Origin: Callorhinchus milii
Taxonomy: Eukaryota
Direction: 5' to 3'
Length of the DNA: 64,000 bases
NCBI RefSeq assembly: GCF_018977255.1
Contig: NW_024704742.1
Location: forward strand, 127,970,001 to 128,034,000
The notes under the pieces: model-generated
The model's database searches: none
What the model was told of the DNA's origin: nothing
Seen by the model: the letters and a program-made list of their open reading frames with translations, nothing else
Shown: positions 38,445-52,205 of the stretch, piece by piece
How positions within the stretch are numbered: position 1 is the stretch's first letter
How the letters are laid out: every line of letters begins with the position of its first letter
Position numbers and translations under genes: made by a program

Positions 38445-38875
38445 TTAATAGAATCCTTGCATTTGATCTTTCTCCTTTCACACTGGGAGGACATCTCAAA
38501 GTGCCTTCACAGGGCTTTACTGTAAAGTGAACTGACTAGATTTTACAGGCAAATCTGTAGGCAACAATTTGCACACAGCAATGTCCCAAAACAGCCAAGA
38601 AGTGAATGATCAATTTTATTGGCGGAAATGTTTGCCAGGACATCGAGAGGAACTCCTTCTCCTTTTGAATAGTGCCATGGAATTTTTATTGCCAACCTGA
38701 ACAGGCACAGATGAGAGATGACAGGCTCAGCTTAACACCTCATCTGAAAGGTGACACTTCCAACATTGCAACATTATTCCCCAGCACTATATTGAAATGT
38801 TAGCCTAAACCTATGTGAGTTCAAAATCCTGATATGAGGGCTTGAACCCACAATCTTGACACCTACTCAGCCTTG
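38445..38875 (-). mobile_element. DeuSINE (SacSINE1-like), near full length
   Basis: GAATAGTGCCATGGAATTTTTATTGCCAACCTGAACAGG (reverse Deu motif); B-box CTTGAACC near 38841. Confidence 0.8.
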
Positions 38876-39230
38876 ATCAGTTGGTGTATCCACAAAGTTG
38901 TTATGATCGCAATATATATGCCTTTTCTAAATTGAGGAGAACATACTACCAATTGTGCCAAGACCCAACCCACCTCAGCTGATAAGACCTCTCTCAGTTG
39001 CTAGCTTTTTCATCAGAGGTAAGGAGTTCAAGTCCCACGTCGGGACTTTGAGCTCATAGCCTAGCCTCTAAAACCCTTTTCCATGCCTTCATCACCTCTT
39101 AGCTGGAATACTCAAATGACCTTTTCGCCGATATCTCCTTCTCCACTATTCACAAAATTCAACTCATTCAAAACTCTGTTGCACGCATTCTCACCCGCAC
39201 TAAACTCCACACACCGATTACTCGATTTGT

Positions 39231-39350
39231 GGAGTCCTGTAGCTCAGTGGTTAGAGCACTTGCTTTGCAAGTGAGAGACCTGAGTTCAATTCCAGGCAAG
39301 GCGAAACCTTGGGCAAGTTTCCTTACTCCACACGCCTAATAATAATCCCT
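39231..39350 (+). mobile_element. SINE head only (3' part missing)
   Basis: Nearly identical to the head of 32753. Confidence 0.85.
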
Positions 39351-39750
39351 CCCTTATCTTTTGGACTAACCTTTTATGTGGCACATTATCGAATGCCTTC
39401 TGGAAGTCCAAATAGACCACATCCACTGATTCACCCTTATCTAGTTTACTGGAAATGTCCTCAAAAAACTCTATGAGATTTGTCAAACATGACTTCCCTT
39501 TTGTAAAGCCATGTTGACTTGGCCTAATTATATTGTGCTCCTCTAAATACCGCACTACCACATCCTTAATCAACGATTCTAAACTTTTTCCGAAGTGGCC
39601 TATAGTTCTCCATCTTTTCCTTTCCACCTTTTTTAAACAGTGGTGTGACATTTGCGATCTTCCAATCCATGGGGACTGTTCCAGAATCCAAGGAATTTTG
39701 GAAGATCAGACATAAGGCCTCCACTATCTCATAAGCTACCTCTTTTAAAA
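39351..39750 (-). mobile_element. Internal CR1 RT fragment
   Basis: SQHGFTKGKSCLTNLIEFFE..VDVVYLDFQKAFDNVPHKRL. Confidence 0.9.
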
Positions 39751-40574
39751 CATTCTTCTCTTTTTAAGTAGTCGTCTCTTCCCCAGCATTGCACTAGAGT
39801 ATGAGCCTAGAGAGTGAGTTCAATGTCACGACGTAGGTCTTGAATCCACAACCTTCTGATTCAGAGGCCAGAGAGCTTCCAACTCAACTAGACTTATGCA
39901 AGTCACTGATCAAGCTACCATATGTACTATAGGAAATGTCTGTAGTATAAATGAGCCATGAGAGTGTGGAAAATAGTTGACTTTATCTGTTCATTTCTAT
40001 TTAGTTTGCCCCAAAAATACACAGTCACTACGCCTTATATTTTGTGAAGCGCATCCTCCTGATGTGAACGGCCCAATCCCAAATGTAAGGATTATTGATT
40101 TATTATAGTTTGTTCAGTAAATTGTTGCACTCATTAAGCTGCTGAGTGGAACGTTGGCATTCTTCTTTAATCACCATCATTCCCAGGTCAGATGAAACAC
40201 CCAGTGCTCAGACACAAGAATATGCATTAATTTCAAGGTTGGAAAATTCCACACTGCCGCTGTAATATGATTTTCCATTTCACATTCCAGACATTTTTGC
40301 GGTCAGTTTAGTACCAATTAGTGCTGAATTATGGGCAATTTTGTGTTCTTCTCACAAGAAACTTGGTTAAGACTTCCTAAACTGGAAACTATTACAACCA
40401 CAAGTATACAGTCACTTCACTTGACCCCAATTACCTGTGAAACACTCTGACACATACACAAACACATCACCGTGCTTAATAGCATCCAAACCAGTCTGAG
40501 AGTTCCACATATGTATGCCACTTTCACATGGAAATTTCTCTCTCTGAAGAGAGTTGGACACATATCTTGAAAAG

Positions 40575-40965
40575 TGAAGGGTAAGGGGTGACCTGATAGA
40601 GGTCTTTAAAATGATGAAAGGTTTTGATAGGGTAGACATAGGGAAGATGTTTCCACTTGTGGGGGAGACGAAAACCAGGGGCCATCAATATAAAATAGTC
40701 ACAAATAGATCAAAGAGGGAGGTTAGAAGAAATGTCTTCACACAGAGAGTAGTGGGAATGTGGAATATGCTACCACAAGGAGCTGTTGAGGCAAATGGCA
40801 TAGATGAATTTAAGGGAAGCTAGATAGGTACATGAGGGAGAAAGGAATAGAAGGTTATGCTTGAAGGCTTAGTTGAGGAAGGGCAGGAGGAGGCTCATTT
40901 GGAGCATAAACACCGGCAAAAACTAGTTGGGCCAAATGGCCTGTTTCTGTGCTGTATATTCTAAT
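40575..40965 (+). mobile_element. CR1 LINE 3' end
   Basis: RGDLIEVFKMMKGFDRVD..TRGHQYKI..FTQRVVGMWNMLP. Confidence 0.9.
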
Positions 40966-41984
40966 GTATATCCTGGTCTCAAAGCTAGAGCAACCTAGTT
41001 CAGAGAGGAGAGTAGAGGAAGGGAGGGCCTTAGTTTAATACCTTGTCTAAAGGACAGAACCTCCAACTCTGATAGGCAGTGCAGAGGAGAGCAACTCCAT
41101 TGAGTGTTAGAGGAATGAGTTGTGAGGAATGACTAAGTAAATCAATACACTGCAGCCTCGAAAACAATACTCTAATGGGGATTTTCTTGGCTAGAAAAAG
41201 TAAACCCAGAACAATAATTTCAGATATGCCAAGGCAACAGAATAATGCAGGTGAAAGATTGTGAAAGACAAATTTACAACATGCTTCAGGAAGTATTTCT
41301 TTACATTGTTGGCAATGGGCATCTGGATTGTATTACCTGCTGGCTGTCCCAATTCCACAATCAGGACAGTGGACTCATGTAAGAAGTAGCTTGTTGGTGA
41401 AAGAAGCTTATAAAAAGATGGAAACACCTTCTTGATCTGAAATTATCTTACGATTCTGTGATTTTGACTTCTGTATGCAGGAAGGCCAGTTTTAATGTTC
41501 ATCATTTCCATAGATACAGCTGAAGTGGAAGAAAATACATTGTACATAAATTATAGTTGATATAGGATAATAGACAGATGTGCAGCTAAACCTGGTTTGA
41601 AGTTAGTTGGAGATCATTTATAACAAGTGGAACAGGCCTAAATTAATGATGGACCATATAAATGATAACATATACTCCTAGGTATAGTAGCGAGTTTGAT
41701 ATCCAGACTAATTAGGTCCTGTTGTGGATATGAAAACTGGACATATCAAGTTATCACATGAAATAAAAAATAAAGTTCTAACCAAATAGGGCTTCCATCA
41801 GAAGTTATATATTTCTAATACCAAACCTTCTCACCATCCTCAGTGCAAGAAGCACTATCCTAGCACTGCACTGCATGGTCAGTAGACTACAAGCTCAAAA
41901 TCCCACCATGGGGTTTGAACCCACAATGTCACAGAGGTGAAGGTCCTATCAATGAAACCAATTTAACACCCTTAATGCATACAA

Positions 41985-42205
41985 CTGCCTTCTCTTTTCA
42001 AATAGTGCCATGGGATTTTTAATGTCCACCTAGAAAGATCTTGATTTAATGTCTCAGTGAAAGGATGACACCTCCGACAATGCAAACACCCCCTTCCAAC
42101 ACTGCATCGGAGTGTCATCTTAGACTGAGTTCAAGTCCTGATGGAGTTTGAACCCACAGCCTTCTGACCCAGTGGCAAGACTGCTACCACTGAGCTAGGC
42201 TGTCA
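41985..42205 (-). mobile_element. DeuSINE 5' half
   Basis: Reverse Deu motif AATAGTGCCATGGGATTTTTAATGTCCACCT plus a tRNA-like head. Confidence 0.75.
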
Positions 42206-43159
42206 CACTGAGGAGCAAAGGGAATGATAAATAGAAAGTGCTCTTTCTGGGCAGATTTCCCAGATACATCTGTTCTGTATTCTCAACCCTATCCACTGCT
42301 CATAAAGGACTTGGAGGAAAGCCTATCTTGTAATATAATAAAATATGTGGACAGTTAGCTTTTGAGAAATATCTGGACCATTAAGTAAATGTTCAGGCAA
42401 TGACGGATTCAGGCATCTTACAACAAGAAACATCAAACGTGTGCAACAACAAAGAGATTTTCATCAATAGAATGAAGAAGGAAAAGGTGATCATTCACTT
42501 TCCAGGCCATTGTGAAATCACGGCTGACTTTTCAAAAACTTGGTCAATTTCCAAGAACATTTGACTAAGTCAGAAGAATTAAGTAATGGCAATCATACTG
42601 CATACAATACAATTTACATTGTTTTATATAGCGCCTTCTGTGTCAGGAGGATGTCTCAAAGTGCTTGACAAAGCTGATGGGCACCCGAGCTGAGGATAGG
42701 AGCTGGTGTTGTGGGGAAGGGGAAGATGACCTAAAGCACAGTCAAAAAGATACATTTTGAGATGTGCCTTGAATAAGGGACAGGAGGGAGTGTATGAAAG
42801 AAGTGAGGGAGGAAGAAGGAGGGGAGGGAGTGAGCTTTATGTTTTACCTGTATAAAACACTCATACACTTCACTGACAGGACCTATCAGGACTCAGACCT
42901 GCTGGTCCCAAACCTGGTGCACAATCGATTAAATGAACTATATGTCTGAACTTATACAGGGTTTTCCAGGTACCTGGGGGTATACATACATAGGTATGCA
43001 TGAGGCTGGGATTCTTTCCATTTGGCTCCTGTTAACCCTTGTGCATGCAAAAGAATTAATATGTTAGGTGGTTCACCTGGACAAGCAATGGGATTCTTGC
43101 CAGTGTTCCTAACGACAAGCTTTGTATTTTCAGCTGGTTGAAACTCCAGTAGTAGTCGA

Positions 43160-43540
43160 TAATAATAATAATCCTTGCATTTGATGTAGCACCTTAACAC
43201 ATCGTTAAGACATCTCAAACTACTTTACAGAATATGTTGTAAAGTGAATTGACTCTATGTTTTGTGAGTGAAATGCGGCAGCCAGTCATGCACAGCAGCG
43301 TCTCACAAACAGTTGTGGATTAAGTGACTAAATTATTATGATTACATTATTTTGGAAGGGATAATTACCTCCAGAAAAGTGATCTACCAATCAACTAACA
43401 ACCAGGTTCCTATTTACTGCTAGATAAACAGAGGAGTGTGGAATAAGAAAACTTACCTAAGGTTTCACCCCACCAGGATTCAAATCCGGGTATCTAGCTT
43501 GTCAGGTGAGTGCTCTAACCAATACATTACCAATGACTCC
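43160..43540 (-). mobile_element. tRNA-derived SINE, long subfamily, inserted into a family X repeat
   Basis: Full-length reverse complement, with family X sequence on both flanks. Confidence 0.85.
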
Positions 43541-46500
43541 ATGATATACACCTTGGGTTCCTGAAGCCTTGGAGCTTGAAATTCTGAAAAGAGGCTCATA
43601 GAGCCAATTGTTCCTATACTGGAAAGCAGACAAGAAGTGAAGTGATCCCGGCCTTCAAAACGATAAGAGCCGTAGACAATGGAAATGTAAGAAAACTACT
43701 TGACTTGGATGTGAGAGCGGAATAAGAGGGTTTAAGTTTAAAATTACAAATGTTAAGTAGAACCAGGGATTAAAAGATTTTTTTCCCTATTGAGTAATGG
43801 ATATGTAGCACAGACTCACAATAATAGCAGTTGATATTGAGTCAACTAATTCTTTCAAAAGCTAACATATCTACTTGATGAAAGTAGTGGAGGAAATGGG
43901 ATAAGTGCAGACTGAAAAGAACAAATCCTACATGAGATGCAATGGTTTAGGACAGATATCAGGAAGTTTTGCTTTATTCAGAAGTTAATGAATGATTCAA
44001 ACAAGTTCTCAGGAAGGATGGTTGAGGCCAGGATATTGAATTCATTTTAAAAAAAAGTTTGATGCTGTGATGGAAAGATGGTGGATGGGTATTTTGGAAG
44101 GATGAGATCCAATGGGTCAAAGAGTCTTCTTCATCCAAACCGATTTTGTGATCTTGTGATAATTGTGGCTGAGACAGTCAGTAACAAGATTGCTGCATAC
44201 AACAACAACAACACCAAGATTACACTTATAGAGCGCCTTTCACGTCGGGAGGACGTCCCAAGGCGCTGCGTAGGATGTAAACCAACTTCTTTGACTCTGT
44301 GACAAAGTATGGCCTGAAGTAACCCCCTTTTGCCTTTTCGGTCAATGGAGTGGGGCGATTGAACACCCATTTAACTCGACTAGAATAAAAAAGAGTTACA
44401 CCAGAATGTCATTAACCAGCTGTCTAACAGCGTATTTCACAAGCAAAATGTTTGATGGCTGCTGCTTTTTTTTTGGTCATCCGGGTGTCTGACACATGTG
44501 GAAACTTATCACCATGCTTAAAAGTGTCCAGAAAAAAATGAGAATTCCATGCATTCCCACCTACACCGAAACACTGACTGTCCAGCGCCTTGGGACGTGA
44601 AAGGCGCGATACAAATGTCATTTTGTTGTTGTTGTGCACATGGAAACTCCAGAGATAGATTGTTAGAATGGAATCTTGTGAGGTCTGGGATGCTGTTGGC
44701 GAATAAAGTGGGCCACAGTTCAATCATGAAATTATGAGATGGATGAATACTCAGGCATTTTTGCCTCATTGCTTTTGGAGAGTAGCCTTGCCAAACCTTT
44801 CTCTAAAGAGGCAACATGGGCAGAGCAGTTTTTATATGGTATGTATCAGAAACATTCGGCTTACAAGCTCCGTATTTCTGCCAATGTATCAGGTAGACTG
44901 CGTAAATGAGGAAACAGTATTCATTAGAGACAATGGATGTCAAGTCCATTTCACCAGTGCAGAAAAAATTATTACCCTGTATAAAATTAACTGTTTTTCT
45001 CTTTTCTTATGACTTGTGACCATTTGACACATTAGAGATCAGGGTAGGAACGCAAGAATGGGAGGGGACCATTGAACTGATCATGCCTCTTCCACCAGGT
45101 TATTGGATCAGAGAAGATTTTATTAATGCTATTTCCCTATCTTTCCTCCTTATTCTTTAGTACCCTTACTTCTGAAGTATCCATCTATCTCCCTTGTAAA
45201 CATCCCAATTGATTCTGCTTCTGGAGCAACGCATTCCAAGGGTAGTCATTAGGAAACAGCTGCTCCCTGAACAATACCACATGTACAATTCTTCAACTAC
45301 CTCATGATTATATGCATAGAAGCTGAGTGTTTTATGTCTCTAAGCACAGCTAGCTTCTCCTGCATTAGCTTTGATAAAATTATTGTAATGGCCTGTGCAT
45401 TGCACTTATCTGCCGAAAATATTTTTTATTAAAATAAACTGCAATGCTTTATGGTGTGAGACTGGAGTAATTTGAATATCTCCATATTTCAGCCTGTTTG
45501 AAAGTGAAAACAATGTTTGTCTGAAGCTTCTAAATACAAAACTGCTGTCAATCACAGTGACATTGAGGCAGTACATAAGACATTTGACTGACTGACTGAC
45601 TGGCTGTTTCCTTTAATGGCTTTGTGATTGATAGCACATCTCTGTTTACAGTCATTCTATAGTGACCCACAAGTGAAACTTTATCTTATGAAAACAACTT
45701 GAAATCAAGTAGAACAAATACATTTGATTGTTTGCTTTCTTTTTCCCTCAGTAGTAAAATTGAATTGAAAATAATTATGGGACATTAAAATGTTACTTTA
45801 ATGATCACATCGAGCTGGGAAGGAAGCCAAAGACGTCAATGACTCCTTGATTTCTGATGCTAAATGCTGGTGAGTGGTCAGGTGATACATGGTGAATGGT
45901 GGCTTCATTACACTTGCTGCCTTTCAAAACAATTGAGAACAACAGAGGACAGGAATGAGTTGCCTTTGCCCAAGCCAGATGACTTTGACTGTTCTTGGTT
46001 TGAACTTCACCATCAGTTTAATCCTCTGTGTAGTCTAATCATTTAATCATCATCTTCCTGTGGTGTACTGCTCCTCGCTCGGATGTAAGGGATTCCACCC
46101 AGACATCCACTTTAAAATTAATAAAACACATGTGGACAGCCATTCAGAAATACCGTACAGTGCTGTGACTTTAACTTGGGAACCCTGATTTGTGCAACAT
46201 GCATTCAGGATTAGCACTGAAACAAAGAGCCCAATGTAAAGGTTTTGATATGCCTACAATGTCAATTTGTGCTGCGTTATGAATTGTTTTCTCTACTCTG
46301 CAAAGTGCTTTCAGGCGCTCACAGTTGGCACTTAAATAAGAGCAAATTATTATTGTTGTATTTCAGTCAGTGGACCCATGCACATTGATTTGTAAAAATA
46401 CACTTTACTTTTCTTTCCAGCTTCAGTAAATAGCATGGATGGTTGAAGGCACCTGAAGGCAGAGGTTTTTGGTGGCATTTCGGGGAGGCCACCTTTAAGC

Positions 46501-46731
46501 TGTCATGATGTGGAGGGAGGATTTACTCATAGGGCGCCTGGGAATCTGCAAATATCTAAAGAATACATAGCAAGAGATAGCATCCTGGTTAAAACTGGAA
46601 AGTCACCTGGACTGCAGGAAAGTGTTGCAAAAAAACCAGGGAAGAGCACCAAATTCGATTCCTGGCTTCCGAAAGTGAAACAGTTTTATGTGAATGCCCA
46701 TTTTGTACAGAGAAAGTAATATAATCATCAT

Positions 46732-47082
46732 ATAATAATCCTTGCATTTGATACAGGGCCTTATCGCGTCTTTGAGATGTCTCAAAGTGCTTCACAAAAT
46801 ATACAGTAAAGTGAATTGACTATATTTTGTGGGCGAAAAGCCGCAGCCAAGTGTGCACAGCAATGTCACACAAACAGTCGTGGATTGAGTGACCACATTT
46901 TTTTTAAGGTGTTATTACCTCCAGAAAAACAATCCATCAATTGGCTAACAACTGGGTTCTGACTTACTGCTAGGTGAACAGAGGTATGTGGAGTGAGGAA
47001 ACTTGTCCAACGTTTCGCCCTGCCCAGGAATTGAACCTAAGTGCTCTCGCTTGTGAGGCGAGTATTCTAACCACTGAACTAC
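46732..47082 (-). mobile_element. tRNA-derived SINE, long subfamily
   Basis: Reverse complement of the 6158 type. Confidence 0.88.
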
Positions 47083-47184
47083 TAACGAGTAAATGCAATA
47101 AATAAAGCAATGCCTGTGGATTAACCTAGAATGCTGTCCCCTTTTACTTGCAGAAGGCTTTGTACATGTCCAATTGCCAACTTC

Positions 47185-47582
47185 AGGAGAATGTCTCAAA
47201 GTGCTTCACAGGATATAGCATAAAGTGGAGTGACTGTGTACCTTGTGGGTAAATGGAGCCACCAATTATGCATACATCAATGTCCCACAAAAAGCCACAA
47301 AGAGAAAGACAGATTTTATTTGGGGAATTGTTGGCCACGACACCAGGAACAATTCCCTTCTCATTCAAATAGTGCCATGGGATCTTTAATGTCTACCTGA
47401 GCAGGCTAGAGAGACCTTGGTTTAACAGCTCATTTGAAAACAATGATACTTCCAATAATGTAGCACACTCCCAGCACTGCAATGGTGTGCCAGCCTAGAT
47501 CATATGAGGTCAAAATCCCGATGTGGGATTTGAACCCACAACAATGTGAGGCAAAAGTTCTACCACCTGAGCCAGGTTGCTG
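47185..47582 (-). mobile_element. DeuSINE (SacSINE1-like)
   Basis: AATAGTGCCATGGGATCTTTAATGTCTACCTGAGCAGG. Confidence 0.8.
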
Positions 47583-47599
47583 ACGCCTACTGAAGGAAA

Positions 47600-47915
47600 T
47601 AATAACAACAACTTGCATTTATATAGCGCCCTTCACCCAGGGTAGTGTTCCAGAGCGCTTTACAGTGATGGAGTTTGACAAAGAGCCAGCAGGAGAGGGA
47701 AATGGAGGGGTGATTGTAAGCACGATCAAAAAGGAAGGTTTTTAAGCGGGATTTGAAGGTGGGGAGGGAGGAGGCAAGGCGGAAGGCTTGAGGGAGATAT
47801 TTCCAGAGTTTTGGGGGGTAGTGGCTGAAGGCATAGCAACCGACAGTGGAATGGAGGGCATGGGGGACAAACAGGAGACTGGAGCCAGCCGAGCGGAGGC
47901 AGCGGGTGGTGGAAT
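47600..47915 (-). mobile_element. L2 3' fragment (type B tail)
   Basis: Encodes LPTFKSRLKTFLFD; (TTG)n tail. Confidence 0.8.
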
Positions 47916-49362
47916 GGACCCAAATAACTGGGTCACATCAGTGGTCCATGTGATATTTGACACAATGATTCAGAAGAAGAGCACCCAACAATGTTCTCAA
48001 CTCAAATGAGTGAATTCTGCATGATTGTGGGCAATAGATCCATTGCAGGTTTTATGTTTAAAGTAAAAATAAATCAAATAAGTTGTGCAAGAACAGCCTG
48101 AATTCTGGTCCTATCTGTAATAAATTACTTCTTTGTGAGCTATCAGTACTGGAGATCTTGTATTTCTTTTGAAATCACAGAAACATTCAACACCCAGAGG
48201 ACATCAGCCTTCCTGTATTGTGGAAGAAAAGGAAGGAACACTATCATGTCTCGCAGTATCAGTTTTACAAAGGGTGTGCGATTCAAGTAAAGGCTTCTTG
48301 TAATCTTCATATAACATCAAAACAGAGAGATAAGCTTTTCACAGCGCTTCGAGAGCCTGTCTGCTTAAACCGTGCCACTGTTTCATCTTTATGTCCATTC
48401 ACCCACATGGATTTATCTCCAACAATGAAATGACAAACAGAGGTAGTAATAATTGGCTGGATATTGCATTACAATCCTTTGAGGACTGAAGAAACATGTT
48501 TGCACCATGTCCAACAACAATACCAGATTAGAATTTACCAGTCTCCCCAGAATAAACCACAACCACTAAGGACCCGTGCTATGACTGAGATTTAGCCGCT
48601 CAATTTGTTATAAGATTCTCACCAACTTTTGCTAATTCTAAATAAATAAACATTTAGAATTTGGCATCTGATGTCCAAAATTTCTCTTGTGCTGTGCCTT
48701 ACTGTGTGGATATTTTCCTTCTTAATTCAGGCTTAATTTGGAAGCTAGCTTTCCGCTGCTCTTCAAGAGAACTGTTTGAAGGAGTGTGATGTACAGTATT
48801 TATGAATCCTTTGTGCATCGTGTTCTGTGGATACTGCCTTTTTGACCCCAAAGTGTTTAGGTTGGTCGGGAGACCGAAGACTCCAGTTTGACCTGATTAT
48901 GTCATTGGAGTGAATGAGTCAAACCATGACATTAACATTGGCCTGACATTCAAAATTGCAACTCAGACCAATGAGATACCTTTGTCAGTCCCAGAGGGGG
49001 CTGAACACCACTGAAGCAATTTATCGTGTCACCAGCAATCTTGGGGTTAAATAACTTACTGCAGGCAAAGTGAATAATCAGAGACACAAAGCATTACACT
49101 GCAGCATTCTCAAGATATTGGTAACAATTGTTGACATATTTATTGGAGAAGGTTTTATGGATATTTCTAACTGACTGTCACTGACTACACTCTTAAAAAG
49201 GTTACAAAGTCTGCTGTAGCTTTAAAAAGGTGGGATGTAAGAAAAGCTCTTCGATCTAGTGATATTTTCTCTCCCTAGAATAGAGTGCAGATCTAGTGTA
49301 AGGTAATTATATTTGCAGGTGGCACCAAATTGGGTGGAGCTGTGCAGCAAAGGTCTTACAAG

Positions 49363-49742
49363 CAACAACAACAAGATTTCATTTATAGAGCGCCTTTCAC
49401 GTCGGGAGGACGTCCAAAGGCGCTGGACAGTTGGGTCGGGACCCGAGCAGGGGGGAAATGGTCAGGGTGAGGGGAGGGAAGGGAGGGAGCGAGGAGGGGG
49501 TAGAGAGCCGAGAGGGGAGCCGAAGGCACGGTTGAAGAGAAAGGTCTTGAGACCGGCCTTGAAGGAGGTAACGGACGAGGCAAGGCAAAGGCACTGGGGG
49601 ATGGAGTTCCAGAGCCTAGGGGCTGAGAGGCTGAAGGCCCGGCCACCGATGGTAGGATGGTTAGGGCGGGGGATGTGGAGCAGACCGGAGCCAGAGGAAT
49701 GGAGGGTACGGCCAGGTCAGTAGGGGGATAATAGGTCGGAAG
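49363..49742 (-). mobile_element. Young L2 3' fragment
   Basis: Sister copy of 34580-34945. Confidence 0.9.
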
Positions 49743-52205
49743 AGAGCTTGATGAGGTATGCACATGGACTGATGAGTGGTAAATGAAGTTCAATATTACA
49801 AGTGCAATAACTTATCTAAAACAAAATTTGGAAGAGCAAAGGGATACCATCTGGTTACGCATGGGGTTGAATTGAAAAGGATCACTCCCTGAAGTTCCAT
49901 TCGTAAGATGGTGTGAATGAGATTAGTTACTACATAGTATTGTTGTCATCAAAAACAACGTCAAGGAATCAGCTGAGGGTCTCACATATTGAATAGCTCT
50001 TTGAAATTTATAACTTTGCGGTTCAAAGGCCAAATGTTTGAAATTGCAATGCCTTACTAAAATTCAAAGAAGAAGAAGGGATTGCAAGTGTGAAACCTGC
50101 CGAGGGAAAAGTGTTCAATTGTGAGGGGAAACAACCCCTAGTCATTCTTCAGGTCAACAGCATATCCACTGAGACAGACAGCCAGCCAGACAGCCAGACA
50201 AGACAGACGGACAGACAAACAACCATAAAGACAGAGAGTTTTTGTGTGGATCTACGTGTAATGTAGATGTGTGTGTGCAACCTGTGACAATGAAAGGCTA
50301 TACTTTTAAAGAGAGTCTATCTATTAAACCACCTTTTCAAATTGGTATTCTTATATCCAATCTTCTGTTCTTTTCTTTTACTCAATCCTTTACATTCTGT
50401 GCTGTGATTTTAGTATTTTATCTTTAATAATTTATCAATCAAACTGTTAAAATTGGAAAATCTTCACTCAGCAGACACTGGCCTGCTTCATGATCTCTGT
50501 CTCATCCGCCCCACCATTGGCATGTGAGCTTTAACCATTCTGGCTTTGCTGTCTGGAACTCCATCCCAGAGTCTCTCCGACTTGTTCCCTCCCTCATTCA
50601 CACTCAAGGTCCATCTCAAGATGTAACTTTTTGACTATGCTTTTGGTCATCTTTCTCCTCCCTACCCCCCACATCTCCCATCTCCAACACAGGTGCCCAG
50701 CCAGCAGTATCAAACACTTTGGGACATCCTTCAATGTGAAAGACGCTGTATGTATGCCTGATCAAGTGGATGTTAGAGATCCCATGGTACGATTAGAAAA
50801 AGGCATTTCTCCTGATGTTGCTCCCAGTCCTCCAGATAAAATTGGTCAATCACTTCCTGATTGTTTGTGGGACAGCAATGTATGCAAATAGCCTGCTGCG
50901 TTCACGTAAAAATATACAATCACTGCAGTTTACAGTAAAATTCTGTGAAGTGATAAGGCGATATATCAATTTCAAGGTATATCACTTATAACCTTAAGAC
51001 ATTTCAGGTAAATTGTCACATTTTAGTTACCAACCACAAAGGGAGTCTCTACTTGTGATGACTATAGCTACAATGAGTGATAGCAGTGGCACTTACATGG
51101 TTACTTTAGTGCTGCCAGGATTTTAAATTGAAGGTGTATTTCTCTCTCTCTCCCTCCCCATAAAATATGCACAGGTTAACAGTGCTGCAAGGTTAAATAA
51201 TTACTGATGGTGATTTATTCATTTACTGCTTTGACTGAACGGCCAGCCCAGCAGCTCACAATTTTAGCAAGATTTATTCCATGCACAAATCCATATTGCG
51301 TCTCGCTATGCAAATGTCTCAGCTAAGCTGCTGTGGGAGATGTTAAAAAGAGTTTGTCAGAATTTGCTCACTGGAAGTTCTCAGGGCTTACTTGTTTGCT
51401 TTTCCTTTTCCTGCTTTATTTCTTTTCACTAATGTGGTTACTTTACAATTGGTTGTTTTTCTTTGGGGCCACAGAGCATATTTTCATAGCTGATAAAAAC
51501 TTCCCACATTTTCCTTTTGTTATTTCCCCTTTGTTCTGGGTATTGACATACTCAGCGCTGACTGTAATGCAACCTTTCCTGTTTTGCCAATCAAACAAGT
51601 GGTCTAATGAAGATTTAAAATAAAATAAAAAATCCTTGAATTGATAGAGCGCCTTTCACTTTGGGAGGGCGCCTCACAGTACTTAGGAGGATTTACGCAA
51701 TACAGTTTAGGTTCAGATGGCAGCTTTCATGTCGGGAGAATATCTCCAAGTGCTTCACACTGCTGGATGAGCAGCACAACTGGGGTGAAGGAGGAGGAGG
51801 GAGAAAGGGAGGGTGGTTGCTGATGAAGGAGGGAAGGTGAAAGATGACTGAAACCCAGTTAAAGAGGTGGACAATGAACAAGGGGATGCAAGGATGAGTC
51901 GGAGGGCCTCCAAGATGGAATTCCAGAGACTGGGGCAGAATGGCTGAAAGCTTGCCTGCCAATGGTGGGCAGATAGGCTGGGGGGACATGAAGCAGGCTA
52001 GTGTTCGCTGACAAAAGGAGGGATTTATAGTGAAGTTTAGTGACTGTGTACTCTGTCGGTGAAAATGGCAGTCAGTTTGTACACAGCATTTCCCACAAAC
52101 TGCCAAGTGAATGACCAATTTTATCTTCGGGGATTCTTAGCCAAGACACTGGGAGAAGCTCTCTTCTCATTTCAAATAGTATTATTAGATCTTTAATGGC
52201 CTGTT

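Noticed and set aside
34580..49742. Two L2 copies apparently truncated at the same base (possible non-autonomous derivative)
   Set aside because: The 49.7-kb copy extends about 12-15 nt further (SDLLSPY), so the truncation points differ.
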